Positions 19,274-29,426 are shown, numbered from the stretch's first letter. The stretch: DNA of 51,106 nucleotides from a virus (IMGVR_UViG_3300048599_000152:1-51106), one strand, 5' to 3'. Program-made: numbers and translations. The notes: generated by a model from the letters alone, not told the origin.

Positions 19274-19705
19274 TTAGTCGGGTCGGTGTGTCGTCGGGGC
19301 CCTGTGCTGCAGGGCGACGTTCAGGCTGTAGCGGTGGTGGCCGGCGTCGTCGGTGCCGATGTACGCCGGCGCGGTCTGCATGGACTCGCAGCGGATGACC
19401 TGGAGGGCCTCGCCGTCCGGGTCCATGACGCCGGCGTAGCCCTGTAGCGCGGAGTAGGCCCGCTGGGACACGTCAAGGGCCGCTGAGGCGCTCGCGGCGC
19501 GGGACAGGAGCTGGTACGTCGGCTCGTCGTAGGGGAGGCTCAGGGCCCCGTCCAGCGGGTTGCCGCCGTTGGGGATCACGGCCAGCGCGTCCACCGGGTT
19601 GAGCGGGAGCCCGTAGGGGTGGATCGAGCCGCCGGGGGCGTCCTCCAGGAACGTCCCGCAGCCGACGCTGGCAAGGTGGCGGGCGAGCGCGAGGGTAGGG
19701 TTCAC
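19274..19705 (-). CDS. Tail terminator / 'minor capsid' neck protein
   Basis: Synteny; PAYIGTDDAGHHRYSLN C-terminal motif. Confidence 0.7.
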   Translation of the reverse strand: MNPTLALARHLASVGCGTFLEDAPGGSIHPYGLPLNPVDALAVIPNGGNPLDGALSLPYDEPTYQLLSRAASASAALDVSQRAYSALQGYAGVMDPDGEALQVIRCESMQTAPAYIGTDDAGHHRYSLNVALQHRAPTTHRPD

Positions 19706-20058
19706 ATCGCACCCCGGATGATGCCGGCCATCTTGGCGCGGATCCGTGGCACCGACTCGCGGAAGGCCGTCTCCAGCCACTTCGACACGCGGCCGTTCAG
19801 GTGAACCAGCTCGGTGTCCTCGTGCTGCTTGACGCAGTAGGCGCTGGCCTCGCCGCCGTAGTAGACGGAGCCGGTCAGGCCGTCTCGGTCCACGTCGGTG
19901 TCACCGGAGTCGGACAGGGTGCCCTCGGCCCACGGCACGAGCTTGGTGGCCTCGCCGAGGATGTCCTCGACCCCGGCCAGCACGGCGTCGGCGCAGGCGT
20001 CCTTGACGCGGCGATCCACGGCGGCACGGTTGTCGAAGCGCCAACCCACAGAGGCCAT
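19702..20058 (-). CDS. HK97 gp10-like neck protein
   Basis: VPW.EGTLSDSG...AYCVKQHE...KWLE. Confidence 0.7.
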   Translation of the reverse strand: MASVGWRFDNRAAVDRRVKDACADAVLAGVEDILGEATKLVPWAEGTLSDSGDTDVDRDGLTGSVYYGGEASAYCVKQHEDTELVHLNGRVSKWLETAFRESVPRIRAKMAGIIRGAM

Positions 20059-20372
20059 CAGCGGGCCCCCACGAGGGTCAGCGACAGGCCGGCCTCGCCC
20101 CGGCGCTCCATCAGCGTCTCGACCGCGGCCACGCGGTAGTGCTGGCCGCGCCACTCGACATCGCTGAGGAGGGGCACGGTCACGCCCGGACGGATGGTGG
20201 CCTTGGCCTCGGCCACGGCGGTGGAGCCATCGGGCAGCGTGACGCGGCCACGGGCCCCCTCTACGGCGGCCATGAGGGTCACCGGGTCGCCGTAGCAGGC
20301 GACGCCGAGGCCGGTCTGGCCGGTCGCCGGCTTGAGGGTCAGGCGGTGGGTGAGGGAAGCGCTCGGGATCAT
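20058..20372 (-). CDS. Head closure / stopper protein
   Basis: Synteny and size. Confidence 0.6.
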   Translation of the reverse strand: MIPSASLTHRLTLKPATGQTGLGVACYGDPVTLMAAVEGARGRVTLPDGSTAVAEAKATIRPGVTVPLLSDVEWRGQHYRVAAVETLMERRGEAGLSLTLVGAR

Positions 20373-20743
20373 CGAAGCAGGTCCAGCCCGCTGCCCGGCG
20401 TGAGCAGGCCGACGAGGCGCAGGTAGTCGAGGGCTCGCGGGGCGACCCTCTGCGGGCGCTGGCCGTTGAAGCCGGCCATGGAGTAGCTCGTGCCGGCGAG
20501 GCCGTCCACGTCGTTGGCCTCCCCGACCTCAGACCAGAACTCGACCTGAGCGCAGACGGCGTTCGCCAGGGCAGCGGCGATGTCGGGATCGGCGGGCAGG
20601 TCGGTCAGCGGGTCCACGCCGAAGGGGGCGAGGACCGTGGTGTCCATCAGGTCGCTGGCGCGGGCCAGCAGGCGGGCGGCGTCAGCCGGCGCGGTGCTGC
20701 CGAGGTAGTCTGCGAGGGCCTCGCTATCGGCGTAGGGGGTCAC
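20369..20743 (-). CDS. Head-tail adaptor
   Basis: YA....LARAS..D...AVCAQVEFW pattern. Confidence 0.7.
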   Translation of the reverse strand: MTPYADSEALADYLGSTAPADAARLLARASDLMDTTVLAPFGVDPLTDLPADPDIAAALANAVCAQVEFWSEVGEANDVDGLAGTSYSMAGFNGQRPQRVAPRALDYLRLVGLLTPGSGLDLLR

Positions 20744-20891
20744 GCCTCGTCGCCACCCTCGGCCGGCTCAGGGGCCCTCTCAGGGGCGGGCGCGGCGCAG
20801 AGGGGTACGGGCTCCTCTACCGGCTCAAGACCCCGCATGGGGGCCTCAGAGAAGAAGAGCGCGCCGCTCTTGGGCAGGCGGTACCACACGG

Positions 20892-21104
20892 TCAGTCCTC
20901 GACCGGGGCGTCCGCGGAGTCGTCGCCAGCGGGAGCGTCGGCGGGCTTGTCGTCGGCCTTGTCGGGCTCGACCACGGGAGCGTCGATCAGCTCGATGTTG
21001 CCCAGCTCGATGTGGCGCAGGACGGCGGGGCTCAGCTCGTCCATCTTGAAGACGCCGCCGGCCTCGTTGGCCACGACGTACTGGGTCTGCTTCTTCCGTG
21101 CCAT
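20892..21104 (-). CDS. Small virion-associated hypothetical protein
   Basis: MARKKQTQ... after the capsid gene, GGAGG SD. Confidence 0.55.
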   Translation of the reverse strand: MARKKQTQYVVANEAGGVFKMDELSPAVLRHIELGNIELIDAPVVEPDKADDKPADAPAGDDSADAPVED

Positions 21105-21123
21105 GCGGCCTCCAGTTGAAGGT

Positions 21124-21156
21124 GAGGCCGGGACCGCTTCATGCAGTCCCGGCCTC
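21124..21156 (-). terminator. Hairpin downstream of the capsid gene
   Basis: GAGGCCGGGAC / GTCCCGGCCTC 11-bp inverted repeat; no U-tract. Confidence 0.45.
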
Positions 21157-21221
21157 GGGTGGTTCACGGCTCAGTGCCAGTGGGTTTCCTTGCGCGGGCC
21201 CGAGCCGAAGGGTCAGTCGGG

Positions 21222-22073
21222 TCAGCCGCCCACAGCCGTCTCGCTGGCCTCAAGGCACACGAGGCCGGCGGGATCGGCGAGCTTGGCACCGTAGAGGTAC
21301 AGGCCCTTCACGGCGTCCGAGAAGCTCGACTCCGGACGGAACGCCTCGACCTTGTTGATCTGCTCCGCGAAGGTCATGGCGTCGTTCGTGCCGGCGATGA
21401 CCGCGTGGTCGTCCCCGGTGATGACCGGCACGTTGTTCGACTCGTAGATGTCGAAGCCGGCGGCGCGGCCGACGAAGCCGTTGAGCAGGTTCGCGCCGCT
21501 CTGCGCGAGGGCCGGGTTGGCCACGAACTTCGGGTTCTCCAGCAGGAGGCCCGTGTACCACGCCGGGATGACCACCCAGCGGCCGTTGGCCGGGATGTCC
21601 TTCTCGGTCATGAGCGTCCGCAGGGACACGAGGCCGGTGTACGCCTTGTCGCCGTCCGTGATTGCGAGGGCGTCGATGACGTTGCCGGAAGCGATGCCCG
21701 CGTAGAGCGCGGCGATGAACTGATCCGCGTTGTCCGCGAGGACCTCGGCCGCCTTGACGATGGCCTTGGGCATGACGTTGCCCTGCGTCTGGCGCGTGTC
21801 GATGTCGTCGACCTCGAACGCGAAATACTCCGACTCGGTGATGACGAGGGTGTCATCCGTGGTCGCGAGCTGGGCCGGGTCGATGACCGTCACGCCCTTG
21901 ACGTAGGGGGCCACGGTGGGCGTACCCAGCGTGGTGATGTGGACGGTGTCGCCGGCCTGAGCGATGTCGCCCTCGTAGTCCCGATTGCACAGGGACGCGT
22001 AGACGAACTTCTTGTCCTTCGCGACGTTGACCTTGCCGCTCCAGACCTCAGGGATGAACGTGGTGAGTGCCAA
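21222..22073 (-). CDS. Major capsid protein (HK97 fold)
   Basis: FIPEVWS, NRDYEGDI..GDTVHI, FSDAVKGLYLYGAK. Confidence 0.92.
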   Translation of the reverse strand: MALTTFIPEVWSGKVNVAKDKKFVYASLCNRDYEGDIAQAGDTVHITTLGTPTVAPYVKGVTVIDPAQLATTDDTLVITESEYFAFEVDDIDTRQTQGNVMPKAIVKAAEVLADNADQFIAALYAGIASGNVIDALAITDGDKAYTGLVSLRTLMTEKDIPANGRWVVIPAWYTGLLLENPKFVANPALAQSGANLLNGFVGRAAGFDIYESNNVPVITGDDHAVIAGTNDAMTFAEQINKVEAFRPESSFSDAVKGLYLYGAKLADPAGLVCLEASETAVGG

Positions 22074-22247
22074 AGGGGGCCTCCGACAGACGGATGAACG
22101 GAATCCGTGTCACGCCCGTCGGCGGCCCCCTGTGGTCTGAGGGCACCTTCTCCCACAAGGCCCGCGCTCTAGGCGGGCCGCGCCCCTGGCAGGGCGATGA
22201 GCATGGTGCGCACACTAGGCTACTCAGGGTGAGAGCCGTTCCAAGCC

Positions 22248-22925
22248 CTAGTCGCGCAGCACGCGCCCCTCGCGCACGGCGGCGTCGATCTCAGCCTCGT
22301 GCTTGGCATACTCGGTCGGGTCGTTGGCGAGGGCCCTGATCTGAGCCTGCGTCCACTGGCGCTTGCCGGGGTCGCCAGAGAAGTCCGCGCCGCTGGCCGG
22401 CGGGCTCGCCGGGGCCGATGCTAGGACCATCGGGAAGTCGGTCTTGACCTGCTCGATGGCCGTCTTGATGGCGGCGCTGTCTACCTCGCCATCGTCGCCC
22501 ACGGCGGCCGACAGGTCCGCGAGGCGCATGGTCTGAGCGAGGTACTTGGGGTCGATGCCGGCGGCCAGCGCGGCGGCCTTGGCCTCGGACTCGGCCAGCC
22601 GGCCGGCGAACGCCTTGCGATCAGCGAGGCGGCCCTCGGCCTCCTGCTGCTTCTCCAGCTTGAGGCGCTCGACCTCGCCCATGCTGACCTTCTGCAGGGC
22701 GTCGTCGATGGCGGCCTGCTGGCGGGCCTTCTCTTCCCCGCGCACCTTGGCGGCCACGCGGTCGATGTCGGCCTGCGTGAAGACGGCCGTGGGCGGCGTC
22801 GCCGGCGCGGCGGGCTCCCCACCCTCGGGCGGTGTGGCCTGCGCTCCAGCGGGCCCCTGCGGCGGCTCAGGGGCGGCGACGGGCGCGGCGGCAGCGGGCG
22901 GGTTCTGCTGGGAGAGGTCGGTCAT
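22248..22925 (-). CDS. Capsid scaffolding protein
   Basis: FTQADIDR, coiled coil, C-terminal IDAAVREGRV; immediately upstream of the capsid gene. Confidence 0.8.
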   Translation of the reverse strand: MTDLSQQNPPAAAAPVAAPEPPQGPAGAQATPPEGGEPAAPATPPTAVFTQADIDRVAAKVRGEEKARQQAAIDDALQKVSMGEVERLKLEKQQEAEGRLADRKAFAGRLAESEAKAAALAAGIDPKYLAQTMRLADLSAAVGDDGEVDSAAIKTAIEQVKTDFPMVLASAPASPPASGADFSGDPGKRQWTQAQIRALANDPTEYAKHEAEIDAAVREGRVLRD

Positions 22926-22926
22926 G

Positions 22927-23979
22927 CTACTCCTTGGTCGCTGTCTTGCTGACTGTCTCGCGTTGGCGCTGGCGCTGGCGGCCGGTCGCCTTGGTGTGGG
23001 CGTCGATCTTCTGGCTCCACTCGCGGACCTTGGCAGTCGCCTTGGCCTTGGCCAGCGGGGTGCTGGCCACGGCCTGCCGGCGCTTCCACTCACGCAGGCC
23101 CCGCTCTAGGTAGCGCTGCTGCTGGCGGTCCTCGTAGCCCTGCGCGTTGGCCGTGTCGGTGGGCAGGCGGGTGAGGCCCTCGGTGTACAGGTTGACGCGG
23201 TGGGTGCAGCTCGCGTGAAAGAGGCCGGCGTCCGTGGCCTCGGCCAGCGACGGGTGCTGTGAGGAGCCGCCGCCGATGGACAGGACGCGCCCCTCCCATG
23301 GCCGGCACAGGCCGCACTCCTCGGGGCTGTCGGAGACGTACACGAGGTCGCGGCCGGCGGCGGCGTAGCGGTCGACCGCGCCTTGGATGGTCGCCTGTGC
23401 CGTGGTGGAGCGCACGGCCATCTCGGCGTAGGCGTCGAGCGACCATGTGCGGCCGGCTGCGTCGGTGAAGCCCCGGTAGCCGGCCGAGGCGAGCCGGTCC
23501 ACGACGCGCTGGCTGGCGGTGAGCCGGGTCGCCCCGGAGCTGGCGAGCGCCTCCTCGACCTCGGCCACCACGGCGTCGCGGAAGGTGTCGGCCGTCTGCC
23601 GGACGATGCCGAAGTGGGCCTCGATGAGGTTGCCGGTGGTGGCGCGGACGAGCGCCTCGACCACCTTCGGGTTGGAGTACACCGGAGCGAGCGCCCCGGC
23701 GGCGGTCAGCTCGCCGGCGGCGGCGTTGCTGCCGATCCGGTAGCTCTCCGTGATGGCGGCCCGCACGGCGTCAGGCACCTGCGACTCCACCCCGTCCACG
23801 ATGGCCTGGGCTTCGCGCTTGATGCGGCGCACGTAAGCGAGCCGGCGCTCTGCCCAGTCGGGGCGGTCCTTGCCGGCGTCGAGCTGCCTGCGGATCAGCT
23901 CCAGCAGGCGCAGCTCGGCGCGGGCGTAGATGTCAGCGACCTCACGGGCGAGGCGCTCGGAGTCGGCCGGGCTCGGCAC
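22927..23979 (-). CDS. Phage minor capsid (MuF-like) protein
   Basis: GFTDAAGRTWSLDAYAEMAVRS, C..C..WEG, GLFH..C.H. Confidence 0.85.
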   Translation of the reverse strand: MPSPADSERLAREVADIYARAELRLLELIRRQLDAGKDRPDWAERRLAYVRRIKREAQAIVDGVESQVPDAVRAAITESYRIGSNAAAGELTAAGALAPVYSNPKVVEALVRATTGNLIEAHFGIVRQTADTFRDAVVAEVEEALASSGATRLTASQRVVDRLASAGYRGFTDAAGRTWSLDAYAEMAVRSTTAQATIQGAVDRYAAAGRDLVYVSDSPEECGLCRPWEGRVLSIGGGSSQHPSLAEATDAGLFHASCTHRVNLYTEGLTRLPTDTANAQGYEDRQQQRYLERGLREWKRRQAVASTPLAKAKATAKVREWSQKIDAHTKATGRQRQRQRETVSKTATKE

Positions 23980-25457
23980 TAGGCGAGCGCCCCAGTCTGA
24001 AGCGGGTCGGCGTCTACGACGCTACCGCTCTCCTTCTGGATGCGGGCGACCTCCTCCTTGACCTGCTCGTCGGTCAGCTCCGGGTGCGTCATCTTGACGA
24101 GCGTCTCGGTGGACGCGGCCTCGGCGCGGCGCAGCAGGTCGGCGGTGGTGGCCAGCTCGTTCACGCTCTGGCGCTCCTCGACCCACTCGACCTTGGGCGT
24201 CAGGGGCTTGGCCTTGCTGCCGAACTCTGCGGCGTCGATGGCCAGGAGTCCGCGGATGGCCGGCCGCAGGGCCCCGGCAGCGTACCGCTGCTTACGGGAC
24301 AGGGTCTGGAAGGTGCGCCCCTCGCGGATCCTCAGCGCCGTGCCCGACTCGGCGGTGCCGCTGATGGACAGGCCGAAGGTCTGCGGGCTGTACCCGGCCG
24401 ACGACACGATGCGCTCCACCAGCTCACGGGCCGTCGCGGAGTGTTCGGCCGTGCGGATCGCGAACTGCACCTGCTCGATGCCGACCTTCGTGGGGTCGAC
24501 TTCCAGCGTGGTGAAGACCTCGCGGTCGAGATCGAGCTGCTTGCCCTTGCCCCGGCCCCGGCCCGTGGGCTCCAGCGCCGACTCGGGCACGATGATGCGG
24601 GCCTGCCCCAAGCGGATGTCGCGCATCCAGCTCGTGTACGTCTCGTCGAGGGCGTCGAGCTGCCCCTCGCTGCCGGCGATGTCGGCGCGGCCGTGGGGGC
24701 TCTGGCGGTTGCGCCGGTTGGGCCGCACGTTGGGCATGTACCACGCGGCCAGCCCCTTGCTCAGCGCCTCGGGCAGCGTCACGTCCTCAGCGAGCGCTTC
24801 CGTCTCGGCCAGGAAGGTCAGGCTGATGGCGTTGCCGAGCGTGTTCTCGGTGCCGGCGTACAGGCCGTGCAGGATGTGGCCGGCCTCGTAGCGTTCGAGG
24901 TGGCGGTAGACGACCTTCTGGTCCTTCTGGACCTCGCGCCAGAAGGTGACGGCGACGAGGCGGCCATAGCGGAACTCGGGCACCGCTTGGTCGCTGTGCA
25001 TGACGGTGAGGAACGGGTGATCGGCCAGCGTCTTGTCCCAGGTGGCGCGGAGGAAGGAGCCGCCCATCGCGGCGGTGACCTCGGCGGCCTCCAGCATGAC
25101 GCTCTGCAGGTCACCAAGGTCGACCAGCTCAGCGAGGCGGGCCTGCGCGTCGTCGTCCTCGACGGTCAGCTCCGGGAACTCCCCGAACAGCAGGTCGGCG
25201 CTCACGGCTGCGATCTCGGACGCAAGCGGGACGTGCAGCGGCTCGACGGTGCTGGCGGGGCTACCGCCCTTGGCTAGCTTCTCCTTGCGCCGCCACAGGC
25301 CCCTGACGTAGCCAGACAGGCCGGCTCCTTGGGCGCTCTCCACGGTCGCGGTCAGGTCGTAGCTGCTGCCGGAGTACCACGCGCCCCACTGGGCAAGGTC
25401 GCCGGCGACCGACGAGGCTGGCGGCCAAGCGGTCTTGCTGTCGGTGGGCAGAGGCAT
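23979..25457 (-). CDS. Portal protein (SPP1/A118-like)
   Basis: LHVPLASEIA..SADLLFGE, ALDETYTSWMRDIRLG; follows the terminase. Confidence 0.9.
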   Translation of the reverse strand: MPLPTDSKTAWPPASSVAGDLAQWGAWYSGSSYDLTATVESAQGAGLSGYVRGLWRRKEKLAKGGSPASTVEPLHVPLASEIAAVSADLLFGEFPELTVEDDDAQARLAELVDLGDLQSVMLEAAEVTAAMGGSFLRATWDKTLADHPFLTVMHSDQAVPEFRYGRLVAVTFWREVQKDQKVVYRHLERYEAGHILHGLYAGTENTLGNAISLTFLAETEALAEDVTLPEALSKGLAAWYMPNVRPNRRNRQSPHGRADIAGSEGQLDALDETYTSWMRDIRLGQARIIVPESALEPTGRGRGKGKQLDLDREVFTTLEVDPTKVGIEQVQFAIRTAEHSATARELVERIVSSAGYSPQTFGLSISGTAESGTALRIREGRTFQTLSRKQRYAAGALRPAIRGLLAIDAAEFGSKAKPLTPKVEWVEERQSVNELATTADLLRRAEAASTETLVKMTHPELTDEQVKEEVARIQKESGSVVDADPLQTGALA

Positions 25458-26725
25458 CAGGCGGACTCCTTCATCTCGTTGGTGAGCCAGCGGCTCCAGA
25501 AGCGTTTGAGGCCCATGACGCCGTAGCGCAGCGCGTCGGGGCCGTGGTCGTCGACCTTCACCGGCTTGTCCTCGCCGCGCTTCTGCGCCGAGGCGTCCCA
25601 GTGGTAGGCGGTCAGCTCGCGGATCAGCTCCTCGCAGCTCTCATGGATGAACAGCCGGTCGTTGGCGAGAAGGGCGCTCACGTAGCGGATGCCGTCGATG
25701 ACGGCGTTGTCGGCCGGCGTCGCCCAGCCCCAGCCGTCCACGGCGAGCTGCCGGCGGAACGAGGTCGCGGACGGGTCCACGATCACGTCCTCCACCGGGA
25801 CCGTGAGCGCCTTCCTGCCCTCCATCAGCAGGTGGTCGGCGCCGGTGTCGAGCCAGTCGCCCAGGCGAGCGCTGTACTCGCCGTCCGTGAGCTGCCGGTG
25901 CTTGAGCGCCGAGTCCCACACCCACTCGCGGCAGACGTAGAGGCAATCGTCCCGGCCGATGCCGATGAGCAGAGCGCTGAACGGGTTGCTGGTGCCGTAG
26001 TCGATGCCCAGCACGTAGCGGTCGCATTCGGGGACCGCTGACACGACGTGCCGGCCACCGGCCCCGGTACTCAGGCCGTCGTACACCGCGCCCTCAGCGG
26101 CCACCCAGAGGCCCTCGATGAAGCGCTGGCGCCAGACGCCCGTGAACTCGGCCTTGGTCGCTGCGACGTAGGCCGGGTCGAGGAACGGGTTGTCGTCCAG
26201 CGTGAAGTGCCAGACGGTCATGTCCAGCTCGTCGGCGCGGTCTATGTAGTCGCGCTTGAGCCAGTGGGTCGGGGCGTCCGGGTTGGTGGTGCCGAACATC
26301 TTCGCGCCGGGGACGCGGAGCCGGGTCAGGAGCATCTTGAAGATGCTCTCGGGCCACGTCGTCACCTCGTCGCAGTACGCGCCGGCCACGGTGAGGCCCC
26401 GGATGCGGACCTCCGCGCCCTCGTTGTTCGCGCCGGCGAGGTAGACCCGGCGGCCGAAGATGCGGGCCTCGCCGGTGCCCCGGTTCATCTTGATGCCGGG
26501 GCCGATCAGCTCCTCGATGGGGTCGAGCAGGTTGCGCTTCAGGGTGCGCTCCGTCTTCCCCATCGCCAGCAGGTCACCGGGCGGGCCGGTGAGGCAGTAG
26601 TCGATGAAGCGGATCAGCGAGCCGACCGTCTTGCCCGAGGACACGCTGCCGTGCCACAGGTTGATGCGGGCGTTGGAGCCGATGATGCTGGCGGCCTGCT
26701 TACCGCTCGGGAGGCCGATGCTCAC
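25457..26725 (-). CDS. terL: Terminase large subunit (PBSX-like)
   Basis: Walker A GSVSSGKT, Walker B AYCDE, TTNP, nuclease GIDYG..NP and DDHGPDALRY. Confidence 0.95.
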   Translation of the reverse strand: MSIGLPSGKQAASIIGSNARINLWHGSVSSGKTVGSLIRFIDYCLTGPPGDLLAMGKTERTLKRNLLDPIEELIGPGIKMNRGTGEARIFGRRVYLAGANNEGAEVRIRGLTVAGAYCDEVTTWPESIFKMLLTRLRVPGAKMFGTTNPDAPTHWLKRDYIDRADELDMTVWHFTLDDNPFLDPAYVAATKAEFTGVWRQRFIEGLWVAAEGAVYDGLSTGAGGRHVVSAVPECDRYVLGIDYGTSNPFSALLIGIGRDDCLYVCREWVWDSALKHRQLTDGEYSARLGDWLDTGADHLLMEGRKALTVPVEDVIVDPSATSFRRQLAVDGWGWATPADNAVIDGIRYVSALLANDRLFIHESCEELIRELTAYHWDASAQKRGEDKPVKVDDHGPDALRYGVMGLKRFWSRWLTNEMKESA

Positions 26726-27072
26726 GCGCCGGCCCGGAGCCGGTCCATCAGCTCGACGATGGCGCACTTGGCCGCGTCGGCCCCGCTGTCGTCGCCCTCG
26801 CGCTGGCCGAGGTACTGCTTCCCCAGCCAAATCTGCATTGTGGCCGCGGAGCGGCTCTTGCCCAGCGCCGTCTGCATTTGAGCTCGACGCAGGGACACGC
26901 GGCCCTTGCCCTTGCCGCTGTCCCACACGGCGAGGTACTTGGCTTCCTTCAGGCGGTTGCGGACTAGCGTCTCTGAGACGCCGAACCACGCCGCCACATC
27001 GGCGTGCGTGGACTGTAGCTTGGCGAGCTTCTCCAGCTCATCTAGGTCTAGCTCGATGCGCTTGCGGGGCAA
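26722..27072 (-). CDS. terS: Terminase small subunit
   Basis: N-terminal HTH and IWLGKQYLGQ motif; overlaps the terL start. Confidence 0.8.
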   Translation of the reverse strand: MPRKRIELDLDELEKLAKLQSTHADVAAWFGVSETLVRNRLKEAKYLAVWDSGKGKGRVSLRRAQMQTALGKSRSAATMQIWLGKQYLGQREGDDSGADAAKCAIVELMDRLRAGA

Positions 27073-27101
27073 CCGGGCCTGTCGTTGACGTGGGGCGGGG
27101 A

Positions 27102-27539
27102 CTACGGGGTGGCCGGGGGAAGCTCGGGCCCGTAGCGGGCCGCGAACTGCCAGTTGCGGCAGGTGAAGTAGGCGCGGGCCTCGCCGTGCGCCAGCGCCGG
27201 CCGAGGGACGGGCCGGGGGATGACGAGCTGCCGGCCGCCCTCAACCACGCCGCTGATGCCGTTCGTCTCGAACGAGAAGAAGGCGTCGGGGTCTACTGCC
27301 CAGGCGGCGTGTACGTTGGCGCTCCAGCGGTAGGGCTTGGCCACGCCGCACAGGTAGATGACGCCGGCGGGGCTCTCGTCCAGCTCGTAGTCGCCGGCGG
27401 CCTTGGGGCCGATCCGCGTGTCGTACCGGCCGAGGAGGCTCTTGGCACAGTGCACCGACAGGTCCACGCCGGTGACGTACTTGAGCCACACGAACCGGAA
27501 GGGGCTCTCTATCTCCAGCCCGATGAGGCGGCTAGGCAT
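27102..27539 (-). CDS. Hypothetical protein associated with the ParB/methyltransferase cluster
   Basis: WLKYVTGVDLSVHC, YLCGV, CRNWQFA; co-oriented with the cluster. Confidence 0.6.
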   Translation of the reverse strand: MPSRLIGLEIESPFRFVWLKYVTGVDLSVHCAKSLLGRYDTRIGPKAAGDYELDESPAGVIYLCGVAKPYRWSANVHAAWAVDPDAFFSFETNGISGVVEGGRQLVIPRPVPRPALAHGEARAYFTCRNWQFAARYGPELPPATP

Positions 27540-27600
27540 ACAGAATCTCCCGCCCGGCAGGGTCGCCGGCACACGGTGACGGCACGGATATACTCATGGC

Positions 27601-28008
27601 ATGAGCAGGCGCACCTTGACGGTAGCGGTGGGGCTGGCGGCGGTCGTTGCAGTTGCGTTGGTCGCTGCCTACATGACGGGTGTGGTCACCATCGGCGACC
27701 CATTTGTAGGCAGCTGGAAGGCAGACTCCGGTGACCCTAGAGGGACGACGGTCATCAGGCAGACCGATGAGGGCTATAGCTTCACCTTCGTCTGGAAGAA
27801 CCACAGCAACGGTTGGCATCCAGTCACGCGCACCCGCAACACCCTCAGCTATGAGGTGAAGTTGCCGGGCGGCAAGACAACCCGGGTCAGCATCGTGTTC
27901 CAGCCGTGGAACCGCCGCCTCAACGCCGGCGGCCGGACCCAGCACAAGGTGAGCGACGAAACGACAGCGCCGCCGACCGCTCCCGCGACGCCCGACCAGG
28001 AGTTTTAG
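27601..28008 (+). CDS. Antisense moron: exported/membrane-anchored protein
   Basis: N-terminal signal/TM helix, DPFVGSW motif, TATACT 6 nt before the ATG. Confidence 0.7.
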   Translation: MSRRTLTVAVGLAAVVAVALVAAYMTGVVTIGDPFVGSWKADSGDPRGTTVIRQTDEGYSFTFVWKNHSNGWHPVTRTRNTLSYEVKLPGGKTTRVSIVFQPWNRRLNAGGRTQHKVSDETTAPPTAPATPDQEF

Positions 28009-28016
28009 CGGCCGAC

Positions 28017-29426
28017 TCACGCCCCCGCCTCCGGCTCCAACGGGCGGGCCTCATGCTCAGCCATGAGCAGCTCGACGAGCGGGCCGGCGGCCTTGTGGTG
28101 CAGGCCACCGGGCAGCTCCATGTTCAGCTCCAGCTCCAGCGACGGGCGCAGCTCGGCCGGATCTATGCGCTTGGGCCGGCGGGCGATAGCGTGGATGTTC
28201 GGGCCCTTGGTGTTGACCATCTCGGCCTCCTCGAAGTAGGTGCGCAGCAACGCTAGCAGCGTGTCCGAGGAGTGGAAGTGCTGCATCGTCCAGACGCCCG
28301 ACCTGAAGATGGCTGAGAAGTTGTTGTCGTCGAGGAACTCCAGCAGCCGGCCACTGTTGCCGCGCACCTTCTGGAAGCGCTCGCGGTCGTAGACGAACTG
28401 GAGGTTACGGGTGCCGGTGATGAACGTCCCGCCGTCAGCGCACAGGGCGTTGCACGACCGGATGACGGCGTGCTCGAACTCCAGATTGGTGACGCTGTTC
28501 AGGACCGAGTCCAGCACCACGAAGTCGTACAGGCCGTTGTGGCGCACGTCGCTCTCGATGGCCCTTACCTGAGCGGCGATGCCGGGCGGGTCGAGGTCGC
28601 GGCTGCCGGGCTTGGGCAGGTGCGGCTCGTAGGGGAACACCGTGTAGCCGGCGCGGTTCAGCATCTTCGCGTAGTCACACCGACCGGCCCCGAAGTCGAC
28701 GATCCGGTCGCCCTTGCTGATCCGCGGGATGACGAAGCGCTCGTAGGTGGAGGACTTGCCGGGGCGCGTCGTCTCCTTCTGCACCAGCCGGGGGAGCTGA
28801 CAGTGGAGCTGGTTGTACGCCTTGATGCCGAGCGGGCTGTACTCGTAGACGCCGTAGTCGCCGCCCATCGCGCCCTTGAACTCGGCCACGTCGCCGTTCC
28901 AGATGGTGTAGGTCAGCACCGGCCGGCGCATCAGCTTGGCGGCCACGGCGTAGTCGCTGTTCTCGACCACCACGCCGTCCTCGTCACACACGACGCTGCC
29001 CCAGTCGCCGTAGCGGGCGATGAGAGCGCATATCTCCTTGACCACGGAGGCGTTCAGGTTCCCGGCGTAGACGATCTCGGGGACCGGGCACTCGCTCCAC
29101 GTCTCGGGCTCGCCAGCGGTGACGGTCACCGGGGTCTTGTTCGTCTCGATGCTGTTGTGGAACAGGTTGAAGCGAATCTCGTCCTGCAGGCTGACGCCCT
29201 TGAGGATGAGCGCCGGGACCTCGGTCATGCCGACGGCGTTGGCGGCGCGGGTGCGCTGGTGGCCGGCGGTCAGCACCCCGGCCTCGCCGTTCAGGATGAC
29301 GGGCTTGACCATGCCGAAGCGCCGCAGGCTGCGCTGCAGGCGCTCGAAGGCGTCGTCGCTCAGCCGGCGAGGGTTGTAATCGGCCGGCTTGAGGCGAGCC
29401 GTCGGGTAGGCAGGGTCAAAGGTCAC
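28017..29426 (-). CDS. Tandem ParB-N domains fused to a SAM-dependent methyltransferase
   Basis: PADYNPR...AGHQR ParB motif, a degenerate second ParB unit, IVDFGAG and VVLDSVLNSV. Confidence 0.8.
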   Translation of the reverse strand: MTFDPAYPTARLKPADYNPRRLSDDAFERLQRSLRRFGMVKPVILNGEAGVLTAGHQRTRAANAVGMTEVPALILKGVSLQDEIRFNLFHNSIETNKTPVTVTAGEPETWSECPVPEIVYAGNLNASVVKEICALIARYGDWGSVVCDEDGVVVENSDYAVAAKLMRRPVLTYTIWNGDVAEFKGAMGGDYGVYEYSPLGIKAYNQLHCQLPRLVQKETTRPGKSSTYERFVIPRISKGDRIVDFGAGRCDYAKMLNRAGYTVFPYEPHLPKPGSRDLDPPGIAAQVRAIESDVRHNGLYDFVVLDSVLNSVTNLEFEHAVIRSCNALCADGGTFITGTRNLQFVYDRERFQKVRGNSGRLLEFLDDNNFSAIFRSGVWTMQHFHSSDTLLALLRTYFEEAEMVNTKGPNIHAIARRPKRIDPAELRPSLELELNMELPGGLHHKAAGPLVELLMAEHEARPLEPEAGA

